Shown here: in pieces, positions 1-7,649 of the stretch
How positions within the stretch are numbered: position 1 is the first letter of the stretch
Layout of the letters: every line of letters begins with the position of its first letter
Assembly: GCA_025060575.1 (NCBI GenBank)
Contig: JANXBL010000003.1
Span: 1 to 35,816 of the forward strand
DNA from: Patescibacteria group bacterium
GTDB taxonomy: Bacteria > Patescibacteriota > Minisyncoccia > UBA6257 > HR35
Length of the DNA stretch: 35,816 nucleotides
Direction: 5' to 3'
Notes under the pieces: model-generated
Seen by the model: only the letters and a program-made list of their open reading frames with translations
Databases searched by the model: none
Told to the model about the DNA's origin: nothing
Made by a program: the position numbers and the translations under genes

Positions 1-76
1 TAGCTTGAAAAGTAGCTGAAATATCACCAGATCTAACATTTCTTAATAATTCTGAAGGAGAAGGAAAGTTTGGCAT
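1..76 (-). CDS. 5' fragment of a hypothetical protein running off the window edge (MPNFPSPSELLRNVRSGDISATFQA...)
   Basis: ATG at 76-74 and an open frame to position 1, divergent from the tRNA. Only 25 codons are visible. Confidence 0.45.
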   Translation of the reverse strand, partial: MPNFPSPSELLRNVRSGDISATFQA

Positions 77-111
77 TATGTCAAATTAATTTTAAAATAA
101 AAATATTATTC

Positions 112-184
112 GCCCCTGTAGCTCAATTGGAAGAGCGTGTGGCTTCGGACCACAAGGTTGGGGGTTCGAGTCCCTCCAGGGGCA
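112..184 (+). tRNA. tRNA-Arg, anticodon TCG (no encoded CCA)
   Basis: Cloverleaf: acceptor GCCCCTG/CAGGGGC, D-stem GCTC/GAGC, anticodon stem TGTGG/CCACA with loop CT-TCG-GA, T-arm GGGGG-TTCGAGT-CCCTC, discriminator A184. Confidence 0.96.
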
Positions 185-186
185 AA

Positions 187-1191
187 TCATAACTTTCCTC
201 TTCTTATCTTTTCATACCAGTATGTTAAATAATATTTAAAGGAAAAACGATAGTCAAAGGTAGGCAACAGATTTATTAAATGTCCGCCAAAACCTTTTTT
301 AAATTGGCTTAATCCATGCCAAGGGTGATTAGAGTCACTTTTCCTGGCTATTCCCCAGAAATTGTAAAATTTACAGCCTCTTCTCTTGGCTTCCTGAATA
401 ACTGTCCATTGCAGTTTATAGTTTAACGGTTCTTTAATTGGCAATGAAGCAGAATGATGATAAAAGGCAATATTATGAGAAAAAATAATGAGGGCAGCTG
501 AACAGTATGAGTTTTCTACTTTTCCTAAAAATAGAAGCGCTTTATTTTTTTGGGTAAAAATTTTAAACTCTTCTTCAATTAATTTTTGCGGATAGGGAAC
601 AAAATTTTTTCTCTTACTTAATTCTTGATAAAGATCGAAGAAAATTTTTAAACTATCAATGTCTGATTTTATTTCAATTTCTAGAAAGGGTTTCTTTAGG
701 CTATCAACAACCATTTTTCGATGACCATCACTCATCTCTTCTAACATTTTTTTATCATCATCTATCTTTTTCAACCAGAAATTTTCAGTGACTGCATAAG
801 TAGGAGCAAGCCTAAAGCCTAGAGATTTAAAAATTTCTTTAATTTCATTGTCAGTTTGAATGGGGTTGATTCTTAAAAAATCATATTTTTTATGAAATTT
901 TTTTTCTTTCAAAAAATTTAACAATGATAACAAACATTCTTTTAGATGATCATTTTTTGTGACTGGGCCATGATGGACAACTAATCCATTCCCTCTTTTT
1001 CCTCGATAACCAATAAGCTGACATAATCCTACAATTTCTTTTTCATATATAAAACCCAGATTTAAAACTTCTCTTCCTAGGCTTTTTTCTGCTTGACCAT
1101 ATTCGTAATCTTGAAGAAAACTTAGATAATCATTTTTATCCAAAAAATCATTCCATAGCTTTTCATTATCAATTTTTTCAATTCTAATCAT
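187..1191 (-). CDS. FemAB/FemX-family aminoacyl-tRNA-dependent transferase (annotated as peptidoglycan bridge formation glycyltransferase)
   Basis: W-N-D-F...SFLQ N-terminus, HGPV motif, LQW..IQEAK..G...YNFWGI and GL..FKKGFGG C-terminal signature. Confidence 0.88.
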   Translation of the reverse strand: MIRIEKIDNEKLWNDFLDKNDYLSFLQDYEYGQAEKSLGREVLNLGFIYEKEIVGLCQLIGYRGKRGNGLVVHHGPVTKNDHLKECLLSLLNFLKEKKFHKKYDFLRINPIQTDNEIKEIFKSLGFRLAPTYAVTENFWLKKIDDDKKMLEEMSDGHRKMVVDSLKKPFLEIEIKSDIDSLKIFFDLYQELSKRKNFVPYPQKLIEEEFKIFTQKNKALLFLGKVENSYCSAALIIFSHNIAFYHHSASLPIKEPLNYKLQWTVIQEAKRRGCKFYNFWGIARKSDSNHPWHGLSQFKKGFGGHLINLLPTFDYRFSFKYYLTYWYEKIRRGKL

Positions 1192-1226
1192 TTTTTAATT
1201 TTAAAAAATTTTATCAATTTGATAAT

Positions 1227-1256
1227 TTGACAAAATTAAAAAGTTTGTTATAAAAT
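1227..1256 (+). promoter_or_regulatory. sigma70-type promoter pointing into the GC-rich intergenic element
   Basis: TTGACA 1227-1232. The -10 is either TG-T-TATAAA 1246-1254 (16-nt spacer) or TAAAAT 1251-1256 (18-nt spacer). Confidence 0.65.
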
Positions 1257-1262
1257 TTATAT

Positions 1263-1447
1263 TAGTAACCAGCTGCCAAGGTCGGGGGTTTTTCTGGGCT
1301 TTCCACAATCAGCTGCCACTTGGCAAGCCTATCAGCCAATCCAATCTTTTGGATGGCTGTGCTGCTTGCCACCCTGAATCCACCCGCCACAACCCGACTT
1401 TTTAAGCCGGGAGGGCTTTGCTCTCCTTTCACCTCCCGGCTCTTTTT
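1263..1447 (+). ncRNA. Candidate structured non-coding RNA (irregular rod, possibly 6S-like; family unassigned)
   Basis: 56% GC over 1271-1440 (96/170 by hand count) in an AT-rich genome. Nested stems 1278-1286/1393-1401, 1295-1298/1383-1386, 1309-1312/1374-1377, 1321-1328/1364-1371, 1333-1338/1354-1359, 1340-1344/1349-1353. Promoter upstream and terminator downstream. Confidence 0.6.
1405..1447 (+). terminator. Intrinsic terminator-like hairpin overlapping the DegT stop codon
   Basis: AGCCGGGAGG (1405-1414) pairs perfectly with CCTCCCGGCT (1432-1441), followed by CTTTTT. The loop is long (17 nt). Confidence 0.55.
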
Positions 1448-2640
1448 ACTATATCTATTATTTTTTCGGCAATTTTTTCGTTAACATCAATGTGCGTTGG
1501 GAGATTTAAAACTTTGCCACCCAATTGTTCTGCCTTAGGACAGCTGTTTACTTGATAATCAAAATTTTTTGGATCAGAATAAGGGATTAAAACAAAGTTA
1601 TACCAGTCACCTAGATATATCTTTTCTTTTTTCATAAGTTTGACTATTTCTATTCTTTTTTCTGTAAGGAGGGGGAATCTTAAAAATATTGGTTGAGAAA
1701 AATTGTTAGTTTTAAAAGTCTCCAGTCCAGCCTCTTTATATAAGGAAGAAATTAATTGGCGATGTTGATTAAATCTTTCTAATTTCTTAAGCTGGTTAAC
1801 CAAAAGAGGCATAAGAACTCCAGGTAATTTTTTGAGATAATCGTAAGGTTTTTGGCCTAATTTTTCCTTTTCTGAGACCATTTCATTAAGCATCTTAAAC
1901 TTCCTAAGTAGTTTGACGGCGGATTTAGTCAAGAAATTATAATTTCTTTTAAGTCTAAATAAAACTACACCAGTTAATAAAATTTTTTTTATTTCCATGC
2001 CACTAGGCTCGTTGATTTTTTCATAAGCATCGTCTAGTTTTGAGATTAAAGATTGATTGTTAACTACTAATGCTCCACCGACAATACTTGATATTACCTT
2101 GTTTCTATTAAAACTTAGTAAGGCTACATCACCGAAATTGCCCAGATAGTTATTTTTAAATTTTGCTCCCAATGAGTGGGTTAAATTTTCGATCACCACT
2201 AAATTGTTTTCTTTCGCTATGGTCATAATTTCATCCATCTTAGCTGGCAGACCAAATGTGTTCTGAATAACTATTGCCTGCACTTCCTCTTTTATTTTTC
2301 TCTTAAGATCTTCAATGCTGATATTAAAACTTTCATCAATATCAACATAAATAGGCCTTAAACCGGCAAACTTAATAGCATTGGGAACGACTATACAAGA
2401 AAAGGCTTGAGTGATAACCGCTGATCTATTTTCTAGGCTAGAGAGAAGAAAGGTTAGAGCGCTTCTGGCTGATTTAAAAAAATAGACTTTAGCGTTAGGA
2501 AAATATCTTGCCAAAATTTCTCTGGCCTCTTTTTCTAGGGCTGAGGTGTCATATTTTTTACCTTGCAAAATACCCTTTATTATTTCATGGTCATCATTTT
2601 CAAAATTTGGCACTATATCAATGCTGATTATTTCTGGCAT
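1429..2640 (-). CDS. DegT/DnrJ/EryC1/StrS-family PLP-dependent aminotransferase
   Basis: SARSAL, QAFSCIVVPNAI, QNTFGLPA, IENLTHSLGA, SFNRNK (PLP lysine), GGALV, CPKAE..LNLPTH. Confidence 0.9.
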   Translation of the reverse strand: MPEIISIDIVPNFENDDHEIIKGILQGKKYDTSALEKEAREILARYFPNAKVYFFKSARSALTFLLSSLENRSAVITQAFSCIVVPNAIKFAGLRPIYVDIDESFNISIEDLKRKIKEEVQAIVIQNTFGLPAKMDEIMTIAKENNLVVIENLTHSLGAKFKNNYLGNFGDVALLSFNRNKVISSIVGGALVVNNQSLISKLDDAYEKINEPSGMEIKKILLTGVVLFRLKRNYNFLTKSAVKLLRKFKMLNEMVSEKEKLGQKPYDYLKKLPGVLMPLLVNQLKKLERFNQHRQLISSLYKEAGLETFKTNNFSQPIFLRFPLLTEKRIEIVKLMKKEKIYLGDWYNFVLIPYSDPKNFDYQVNSCPKAEQLGGKVLNLPTHIDVNEKIAEKIIDIVKRAGR

Positions 2641-2663
2641 CTATAACTAGATTTTAAGGTATT

Positions 2664-2700
2664 TGTTCTATAATTTACTTAGAACACTCTAGACGGAGGT
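2664..2700 (+). promoter_or_regulatory. -10 box inside an inverted repeat, plus Shine-Dalgarno for ORF 2710
   Basis: TATAAT 2669-2674; perfect IR TGTTCTA (2664-2670)/TAGAACA (2680-2686); GGAGGT 2695-2700, 9 nt before the ATG. Confidence 0.55.
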
Positions 2701-2709
2701 GCTGAAAAA

Positions 2710-2988
2710 ATGGAATTAAACGTCCGAAATGTAAGAGTGAGGTACGAGATACTTTCAACCTCTTATCTTTCACCAGGGGAGAATATGACTAGAAATTCCT
2801 CTATCGTTGCGACAGACCTTCCTTCTGGTCAACTGGTGAAAATGAGCCTGGAGGCCACTATCACTATGAAAGTGATGGTAACCTCCTATGGCCATACCAA
2901 AGGCGAAGCGTTTAATAACGCCGCTAAAATGGTAGAAAAACTTATCCCCTCCTCTAGGAAAATCTTTCAACTTCGCTTCTCAGACTAA
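2710..2988 (+). CDS. Small hypothetical protein (92 aa), possible dodecin-like/HicB-like beta-alpha motif
   Basis: Strong SD, own -10 and own terminator. Motif VMVTSYGHTKGEAFNNA. Confidence 0.65.
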   Translation: MELNVRNVRVRYEILSTSYLSPGENMTRNSSIVATDLPSGQLVKMSLEATITMKVMVTSYGHTKGEAFNNAAKMVEKLIPSSRKIFQLRFSD

Positions 2989-3004
2989 CATGAAGACCAA
3001 TGGC

Positions 3005-3038
3005 TGGTGGCCGTGAGACGGTCACCATTATTTTTTTT
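3005..3038 (+). terminator. Intrinsic terminator
   Basis: TGGTGGCCGT-GAG-ACGGTCACCA (10 bp, with a G-U pair on + only), followed by TTATTTTTTTT. Confidence 0.8.
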
Positions 3039-3042
3039 GTAA

Positions 3043-4611
3043 CTAATTCAAACCGATAAAGCGATTGAAATAGTTATTAAACTTAGCTGGTAATCTGTTC
3101 ATAATCCATACACCAACCTTTTTCATCTTTAATGTTTTTAGGAACAGTTCCATTTCGGTTAAATCCTCAACAATCATCACTCGATCAAGTAAAATTTTTC
3201 TAAAAATTTCGTAATGGTCATTTGAGGTAAGGATAACTTTATCAAAGCTTTTTAATTTTTGAGCTAACTCTTGATAGATCTTTTGAGTTTCTTTCCCTAA
3301 TTCGAAAAGTCCATTAAAAATAATCAGTTTATAGTCAAGCTTTAATTTTTCAAAAAAATCTAAAGAGCTAAAAACGCCATGAGGGTTAGCATTGTATGAG
3401 TCATCAAAAATATAAAAATTTTCTATTCTTTTCAATTTTAAAAATCCTTCCGGCAATTCGATCTTTTCGACCACCTCGCTGTAATCGTTAATATCATCAA
3501 TTTTTGAGATATAAGCTAAAGCACCGCAAAGATTTTCAATCTGCATAGGAAAGATAATTTTGCTCTTTAAAACTATTTCATCCGATAAATACTTAAATTT
3601 AAAAACAGTTCTTTCTAAATCATTTTGTAGTATTTTATAGGCAAAATCTCCTTCTAGACCATAGGTATAAATTTCTATCCTTCTATCTCCAATAGCATTT
3701 TTTACTTCCTTCTTAAGTTCATTCACATATTCGTGGTTATTGTTTATAAAAATAGTTCCCTCTTTCATCCAACTCAAAACCTCAATTCCCTCACCTCTCA
3801 TAATATTTTTTATATTGCCAAAGAGAAACAAATGCTGTTTAGTGATGCCTGTGATATATGCTATTTTGGGAGTAATAAATTTTGTTATCCATTTAACGTT
3901 CCCCAGATAATACGAGCCGAACTCTATCACGAGAAAGTCGTAATTATCTAATTTGCTTTTATCGATAAACTTTAACAGAGCTAATTCATGATTAATTCTA
4001 GGAGGAGGAGCTAAAACATGGTATTTTTTCCTTAGCAGTTGAACCAATAACTCCTTTGTTGTTGATTTACCATAGCTACCTACTATACCAATTATTTTTA
4101 AAGATTCATTTTGATCAAGTTTCTTTTTAACTCTATTGCCGAGCCAAATCATATAGGGTTTAGCAATTAGGTAGCTTATCTTACTTGCAATAGTGAAAAT
4201 TAAAAATTGACTTGACCAAAAAGATAAGCCAGCCACTACTAAAATATCGTTTCTAAAAATGTTTAATATCCAAAAGTTCAAAACAAGAGATATTGCTAAA
4301 ATTATGGTTGCTCTAAGAGTAAAGCTTATCTTTTTGATTAATCTAAAACGCAAAACTAATAAAATAGCTAAGATAAGGAGGAGAAAATCCGTGGGATATT
4401 TGTCTATCGAAAAATCAAGTATAAATATAAGTAAGAATATTAACCAAAGAAGATATTCTTTAACATTAAAAATAAATTTTTTTGAGCTTTCTAGAAAAAA
4501 ATGAGCCCTAACTCTTCTTAGTAGATAGTCCTTGATTTGATAAATTCTCAAAACTGGAAAGCCATTAATAAAGATAATAATTAAAGAAAGCAAAAAGCTG
4601 GTGATCATCAT
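3043..4611 (-). CDS. murF: Mur ligase, MurF-type, with an N-terminal multi-pass membrane domain
   Basis: P-loop GIVGSYGKSTTKE, VIEFG, TGITKQHL, DDSYNANP, GLFELG; hydrophobic N-terminal ~150 aa. Confidence 0.8.
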   Translation of the reverse strand: MMITSFLLSLIIIFINGFPVLRIYQIKDYLLRRVRAHFFLESSKKFIFNVKEYLLWLIFLLIFILDFSIDKYPTDFLLLILAILLVLRFRLIKKISFTLRATIILAISLVLNFWILNIFRNDILVVAGLSFWSSQFLIFTIASKISYLIAKPYMIWLGNRVKKKLDQNESLKIIGIVGSYGKSTTKELLVQLLRKKYHVLAPPPRINHELALLKFIDKSKLDNYDFLVIEFGSYYLGNVKWITKFITPKIAYITGITKQHLFLFGNIKNIMRGEGIEVLSWMKEGTIFINNNHEYVNELKKEVKNAIGDRRIEIYTYGLEGDFAYKILQNDLERTVFKFKYLSDEIVLKSKIIFPMQIENLCGALAYISKIDDINDYSEVVEKIELPEGFLKLKRIENFYIFDDSYNANPHGVFSSLDFFEKLKLDYKLIIFNGLFELGKETQKIYQELAQKLKSFDKVILTSNDHYEIFRKILLDRVMIVEDLTEMELFLKTLKMKKVGVWIMNRLPAKFNNYFNRFIGLN

Positions 4612-5300
4612 TTTGTTAATATATTTCTCAGGACTTCAGCGAATTGAGTCGGAATTTCTCTGTGAAGATTATGACCACCTGATAAAATGAACATCTCAGC
4701 ATTTTTTATTTTCTTTTTAAGTAGATAAGCATTTTTTAGAGGTGTGGCTTTATCATATTTACCCCATAAGATAACCGTTGGAACCTGAATTTTTTCAGCT
4801 AAATTACTTAGATTTTGATTAATGTTGGCAAATGTTTTTTTTAAATTTTCGTCAACCAAGAAATAATCATAGCTACCTACAATGAACCGATAAAAAAATT
4901 TTTTAATCAGATAGGTTAAGTGAGAGGATAATTTTTTTTCAATCGGCTTAAAAATTCTAACCACCACAGATACTATTTTCTGTTTAATTCCTTTTTTTCT
5001 GATAATTGCTGAATTATAAAGAATCAACTTTTGGATTTTGTTAGGAAATTTTAATGAGTAGAGCATTGCCAAGGCGCCACCAAAAGAATGACCCATAAGA
5101 TTAAATGTTTCGAGTTCCTTTAATTCTTCTTCTAGATAATTTAAGTAATCATCAAAATTATATGGTCGATCAATTTTTAGTTGAAAACCTGGCAGGGGAA
5201 TAACCTTGATTTCGATGTCATCCTTTAAAATATTACCGATGGCATCAAAGCTTTCAACCTTTTCTCTCCATCCTGGTATTATTACTAGTCTATTTTTCAT
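4608..5300 (-). CDS. Alpha/beta hydrolase (ATG at 5300 preferred over TTG at 5318)
   Basis: IIPGW oxyanion region, LPGF, nucleophile elbow GHSFGG, WGKYD acid, GGH histidine; ATGA overlap with murF. Confidence 0.88.
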   Translation of the reverse strand: MKNRLVIIPGWREKVESFDAIGNILKDDIEIKVIPLPGFQLKIDRPYNFDDYLNYLEEELKELETFNLMGHSFGGALAMLYSLKFPNKIQKLILYNSAIIRKKGIKQKIVSVVVRIFKPIEKKLSSHLTYLIKKFFYRFIVGSYDYFLVDENLKKTFANINQNLSNLAEKIQVPTVILWGKYDKATPLKNAYLLKKKIKNAEMFILSGGHNLHREIPTQFAEVLRNILTK

Positions 5301-5318
5301 AAAGTTTAATTTTATCAA

Positions 5319-7406
5319 ATGACGTTAGAAGATCTTGAAATTGATTTAAGGGAATTTCGGGGAATTGGTTATAAAACCGCTTTAAAATTAGCGGAGAACA
5401 AAATAAAGACAGTTAGAGATTTGCTCTATTATTTTCCCTATAAGTATCAGGATTTATCTCAGATTCAAAAAATTCAGGACTTAAAAGTTAATCAGGATGT
5501 TGTTATTGTTGGTAAAGTTAGCAATCTTAAGTTTTTTTCGTCGCCTCGAAAAAGAATGTTTATCTTACAAGGAATTGTTTCTGATGATACTGGTAGCTTA
5601 AAGATTGTTTGGTATAACCAACCATTCTTACTTAAGACACTTTCAGGTAATCCTACCTTGCTAATTTATGGTAAGCTTGTTAAGAATAATTTCGGAATCA
5701 ATATTCAATCGCCAAAATTTGAAATAGTTAAAGGCTCTAAGGTTGAGATGGCAAGAATCATACCGATTTATTCAGCAATTGGCAACCTTACCAGCAATTT
5801 CTTTGCTAGATTGATTAAGGGTGTCCTAGAGAAATACGATTTAAATTCTCTAGCCGATCCATTGCCTTCAGAGGTATTAGCTAAATTTAACTATCCTTCA
5901 ATTGGCCAGGCGCTATACTTTATCCATCAGCCAAAAAGGTTTGAAGAAATTAAATTAGCTCAAGAAAGATTTTCTTTCGAAGAATTATTCTATCTCCAAT
6001 TAGCTCTTCTCAAAGAAAGAGAAAGCTTAGCTAAAAATAGAGCTGTAATTTTTGAGATAGATAACAATATTACTAAAAAATTTCTAGAACAGTTTAGCTT
6101 TAAATTAACTGATGGCCAGAGAAGAGTAATTAATGAGATATTTGCGGATCTTAAAAGTGGAGTTCCAATGAATAGATTACTTCAGGGAGAAACTGGTGCT
6201 GGTAAAACTTTGGTTGCCGAAATTTTAGCCCTTAATGTAGCTTCGAAGGATTATCAGGTAATTTTTATGGCACCAACTGAGATTTTAGCCCAACAGCATT
6301 TTGGAAGATTTTTGAAAGATTTTTCAAATTTCAATATCGGTTTAGGGTTGATAACTTCGGGTGGAGCATTTTATGGCGAGCGAGGATTTAAAGCTGTTAA
6401 AGATATTAACTTTATTCAACGTTTTCTCGTTTCTGGCAAAATAAAGATTTTAATTGGTACTCACTCTCTCATTGAAAATGAATTTTCCTTTCAACGAGTG
6501 GGATTGGTTATTGTTGATGAACAACAAAGATTTGGTTTGGAACAGAGAAAAAGGTTAATTCAAGCCACTAATCAAAATTTTTTGCCACATTTTCTTTCAA
6601 TGTCAGCCACTCCCATTCCTCGCACTTTAGCTTTAGCCTTTTATGGTGATCTAGATTTTTCCCAATTAGATGAAAAACCATTTGGTCAACAACCGATAAA
6701 AACTTATATTGTGCTTAAAGAAAAAGAAGGTAATATGTGGCAATTCGTTTTAAAGGAAATCAATGAAGGTCATCAAGTTTTTGTTATCTGTCCGAGAGTA
6801 GAAGATAGAGAAGATGATGTTAAGTCAGTTAAGGCAGAATACGAGAGAATCAAATCAATATTTACTCCATATGAAAACGTTAGGATTGGAATGCTTCACG
6901 GTAAAATGAAAGCTAACGAAAAGGAAAAAATTTTAAAAGAGATGCAAGTAAATAGAATTAATATTTTAGTTAGCTCTTCGGTGGTTGAAGTCGGCATTGA
7001 TCTTCCTTTAGCTACAGTGATAATTATTCAATCGCCCGAAAGATTTGGCCTAGCTCAACTTTATCAATTAAGAGGAAGAGTGGGGAGAAGTGTTCATCAA
7101 GGTTATTGCTTTTTATTGCCTCAAAAACTTTCACCAAGATCAAAATTGAGACTTAAATATTTTCTTCAAGCGAAATCAGCTCTTGAGCTAGCAGAATACG
7201 ATCTTAGATTAAGAGGAGGTGGAGAACTGTTAGGAGAAAAACAGGCCGGCATTCCTGATTTAGCAATGAAATCACTAACTAATATTAAGCTTTTAGAAAG
7301 AGCCAAAGACTTAGCTAGAGAATTTTATAAACAAAATGCTAACTTTAATCGTTATCCATTGCTAAAAAGAGAAATTTTAAAGAGGAAAAAAATTCTTTTT
7401 GTTTGA
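5319..7406 (+). CDS. recG: ATP-dependent DNA helicase RecG
   Basis: Wedge/OB N-terminus, MNRLLQGETGAGKT, MAPTEILAQQH, DEQQRFG, MSATPIPRTLA, QLRGRVGR, DLRLRGGGE. Confidence 0.95.
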   Translation: MTLEDLEIDLREFRGIGYKTALKLAENKIKTVRDLLYYFPYKYQDLSQIQKIQDLKVNQDVVIVGKVSNLKFFSSPRKRMFILQGIVSDDTGSLKIVWYNQPFLLKTLSGNPTLLIYGKLVKNNFGINIQSPKFEIVKGSKVEMARIIPIYSAIGNLTSNFFARLIKGVLEKYDLNSLADPLPSEVLAKFNYPSIGQALYFIHQPKRFEEIKLAQERFSFEELFYLQLALLKERESLAKNRAVIFEIDNNITKKFLEQFSFKLTDGQRRVINEIFADLKSGVPMNRLLQGETGAGKTLVAEILALNVASKDYQVIFMAPTEILAQQHFGRFLKDFSNFNIGLGLITSGGAFYGERGFKAVKDINFIQRFLVSGKIKILIGTHSLIENEFSFQRVGLVIVDEQQRFGLEQRKRLIQATNQNFLPHFLSMSATPIPRTLALAFYGDLDFSQLDEKPFGQQPIKTYIVLKEKEGNMWQFVLKEINEGHQVFVICPRVEDREDDVKSVKAEYERIKSIFTPYENVRIGMLHGKMKANEKEKILKEMQVNRINILVSSSVVEVGIDLPLATVIIIQSPERFGLAQLYQLRGRVGRSVHQGYCFLLPQKLSPRSKLRLKYFLQAKSALELAEYDLRLRGGGELLGEKQAGIPDLAMKSLTNIKLLERAKDLAREFYKQNANFNRYPLLKREILKRKKILFV

Positions 7407-7439
7407 TTTTACATTTAACATTTTTTCCACAAGTTTTTA

Positions 7440-7468
7440 TTGACTTTTTAAACAATCTTCAATATAAT
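7440..7468 (+). promoter_or_regulatory. sigma70 promoter P1 of the S-layer-like gene
   Basis: TTGACT (7440-7445), 17 nt, TATAAT (7463-7468). Confidence 0.7.
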
Positions 7469-7507
7469 TTACTTTGATACTAAATGTTGAAAAATCCCCA
7501 AAAAAAC

Positions 7508-7537
7508 TTGACTTCTAAAAATCATTTAGTATATAAT
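7508..7537 (+). promoter_or_regulatory. sigma70 promoter P2 of the S-layer-like gene
   Basis: TTGACT (7508-7513), 18 nt, TATAAT (7532-7537). Confidence 0.65.
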
Positions 7538-7563
7538 TCAATTATTAAAATAAAATTTTAAAT

Positions 7564-7649
7564 AAGGTCGTAAAGTAAAATTAATAAAAAGGTCAATTAA
7601 ATTAAAACCATCATCTTCAAGGTCAAAAATTAAAACGAAGATTGATGGT
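7564..7649 (+). repeat. Three AAGGTC-core direct repeats and a leader hairpin
   Basis: AAGGTCG 7564, AAGGTCA 7589, AAGGTCA 7619; stem ACCATCATCTTC (7607-7618)/GAAGATTGATGGT (7637-7649). Confidence 0.7.

Noticed and set aside
60-230. dif-like half-sites TTATGTCAAAT (76-86) and GTATGTTAAAT (220-230)
   Set aside because: No XerC-type partner arm at 6-bp spacing; AT-rich chance matches.
1263-1445. RNase P, group II intron D5 and T-box-like words on the minus strand (GTGGAAAGCCC, CCCGGCTTA, GAGCCG..GTGAAAG..CGGCT, CAGGGTGGCAAG)
   Set aside because: The RNase P words are in the wrong order in a region that is too short. The D5-like stem lacks the AC bulge and overlaps degT codons. The T-box would need UGGNACC and a U-tailed terminator.
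6514-6534. RecG motif II reads DEQQ rather than DEQH as a sign of inactivation
   Set aside because: The catalytic DE and other helicase motifs are intact, and the paralogue Mfd has Q at this position.
7423-7493. Replication origin from DnaA-box-like TTTTCCACA (7423-7431) and TGTTGAAAA (7485-7493)
   Set aside because: Only one consensus box and one mismatched box, and no dnaA or dnaN nearby.
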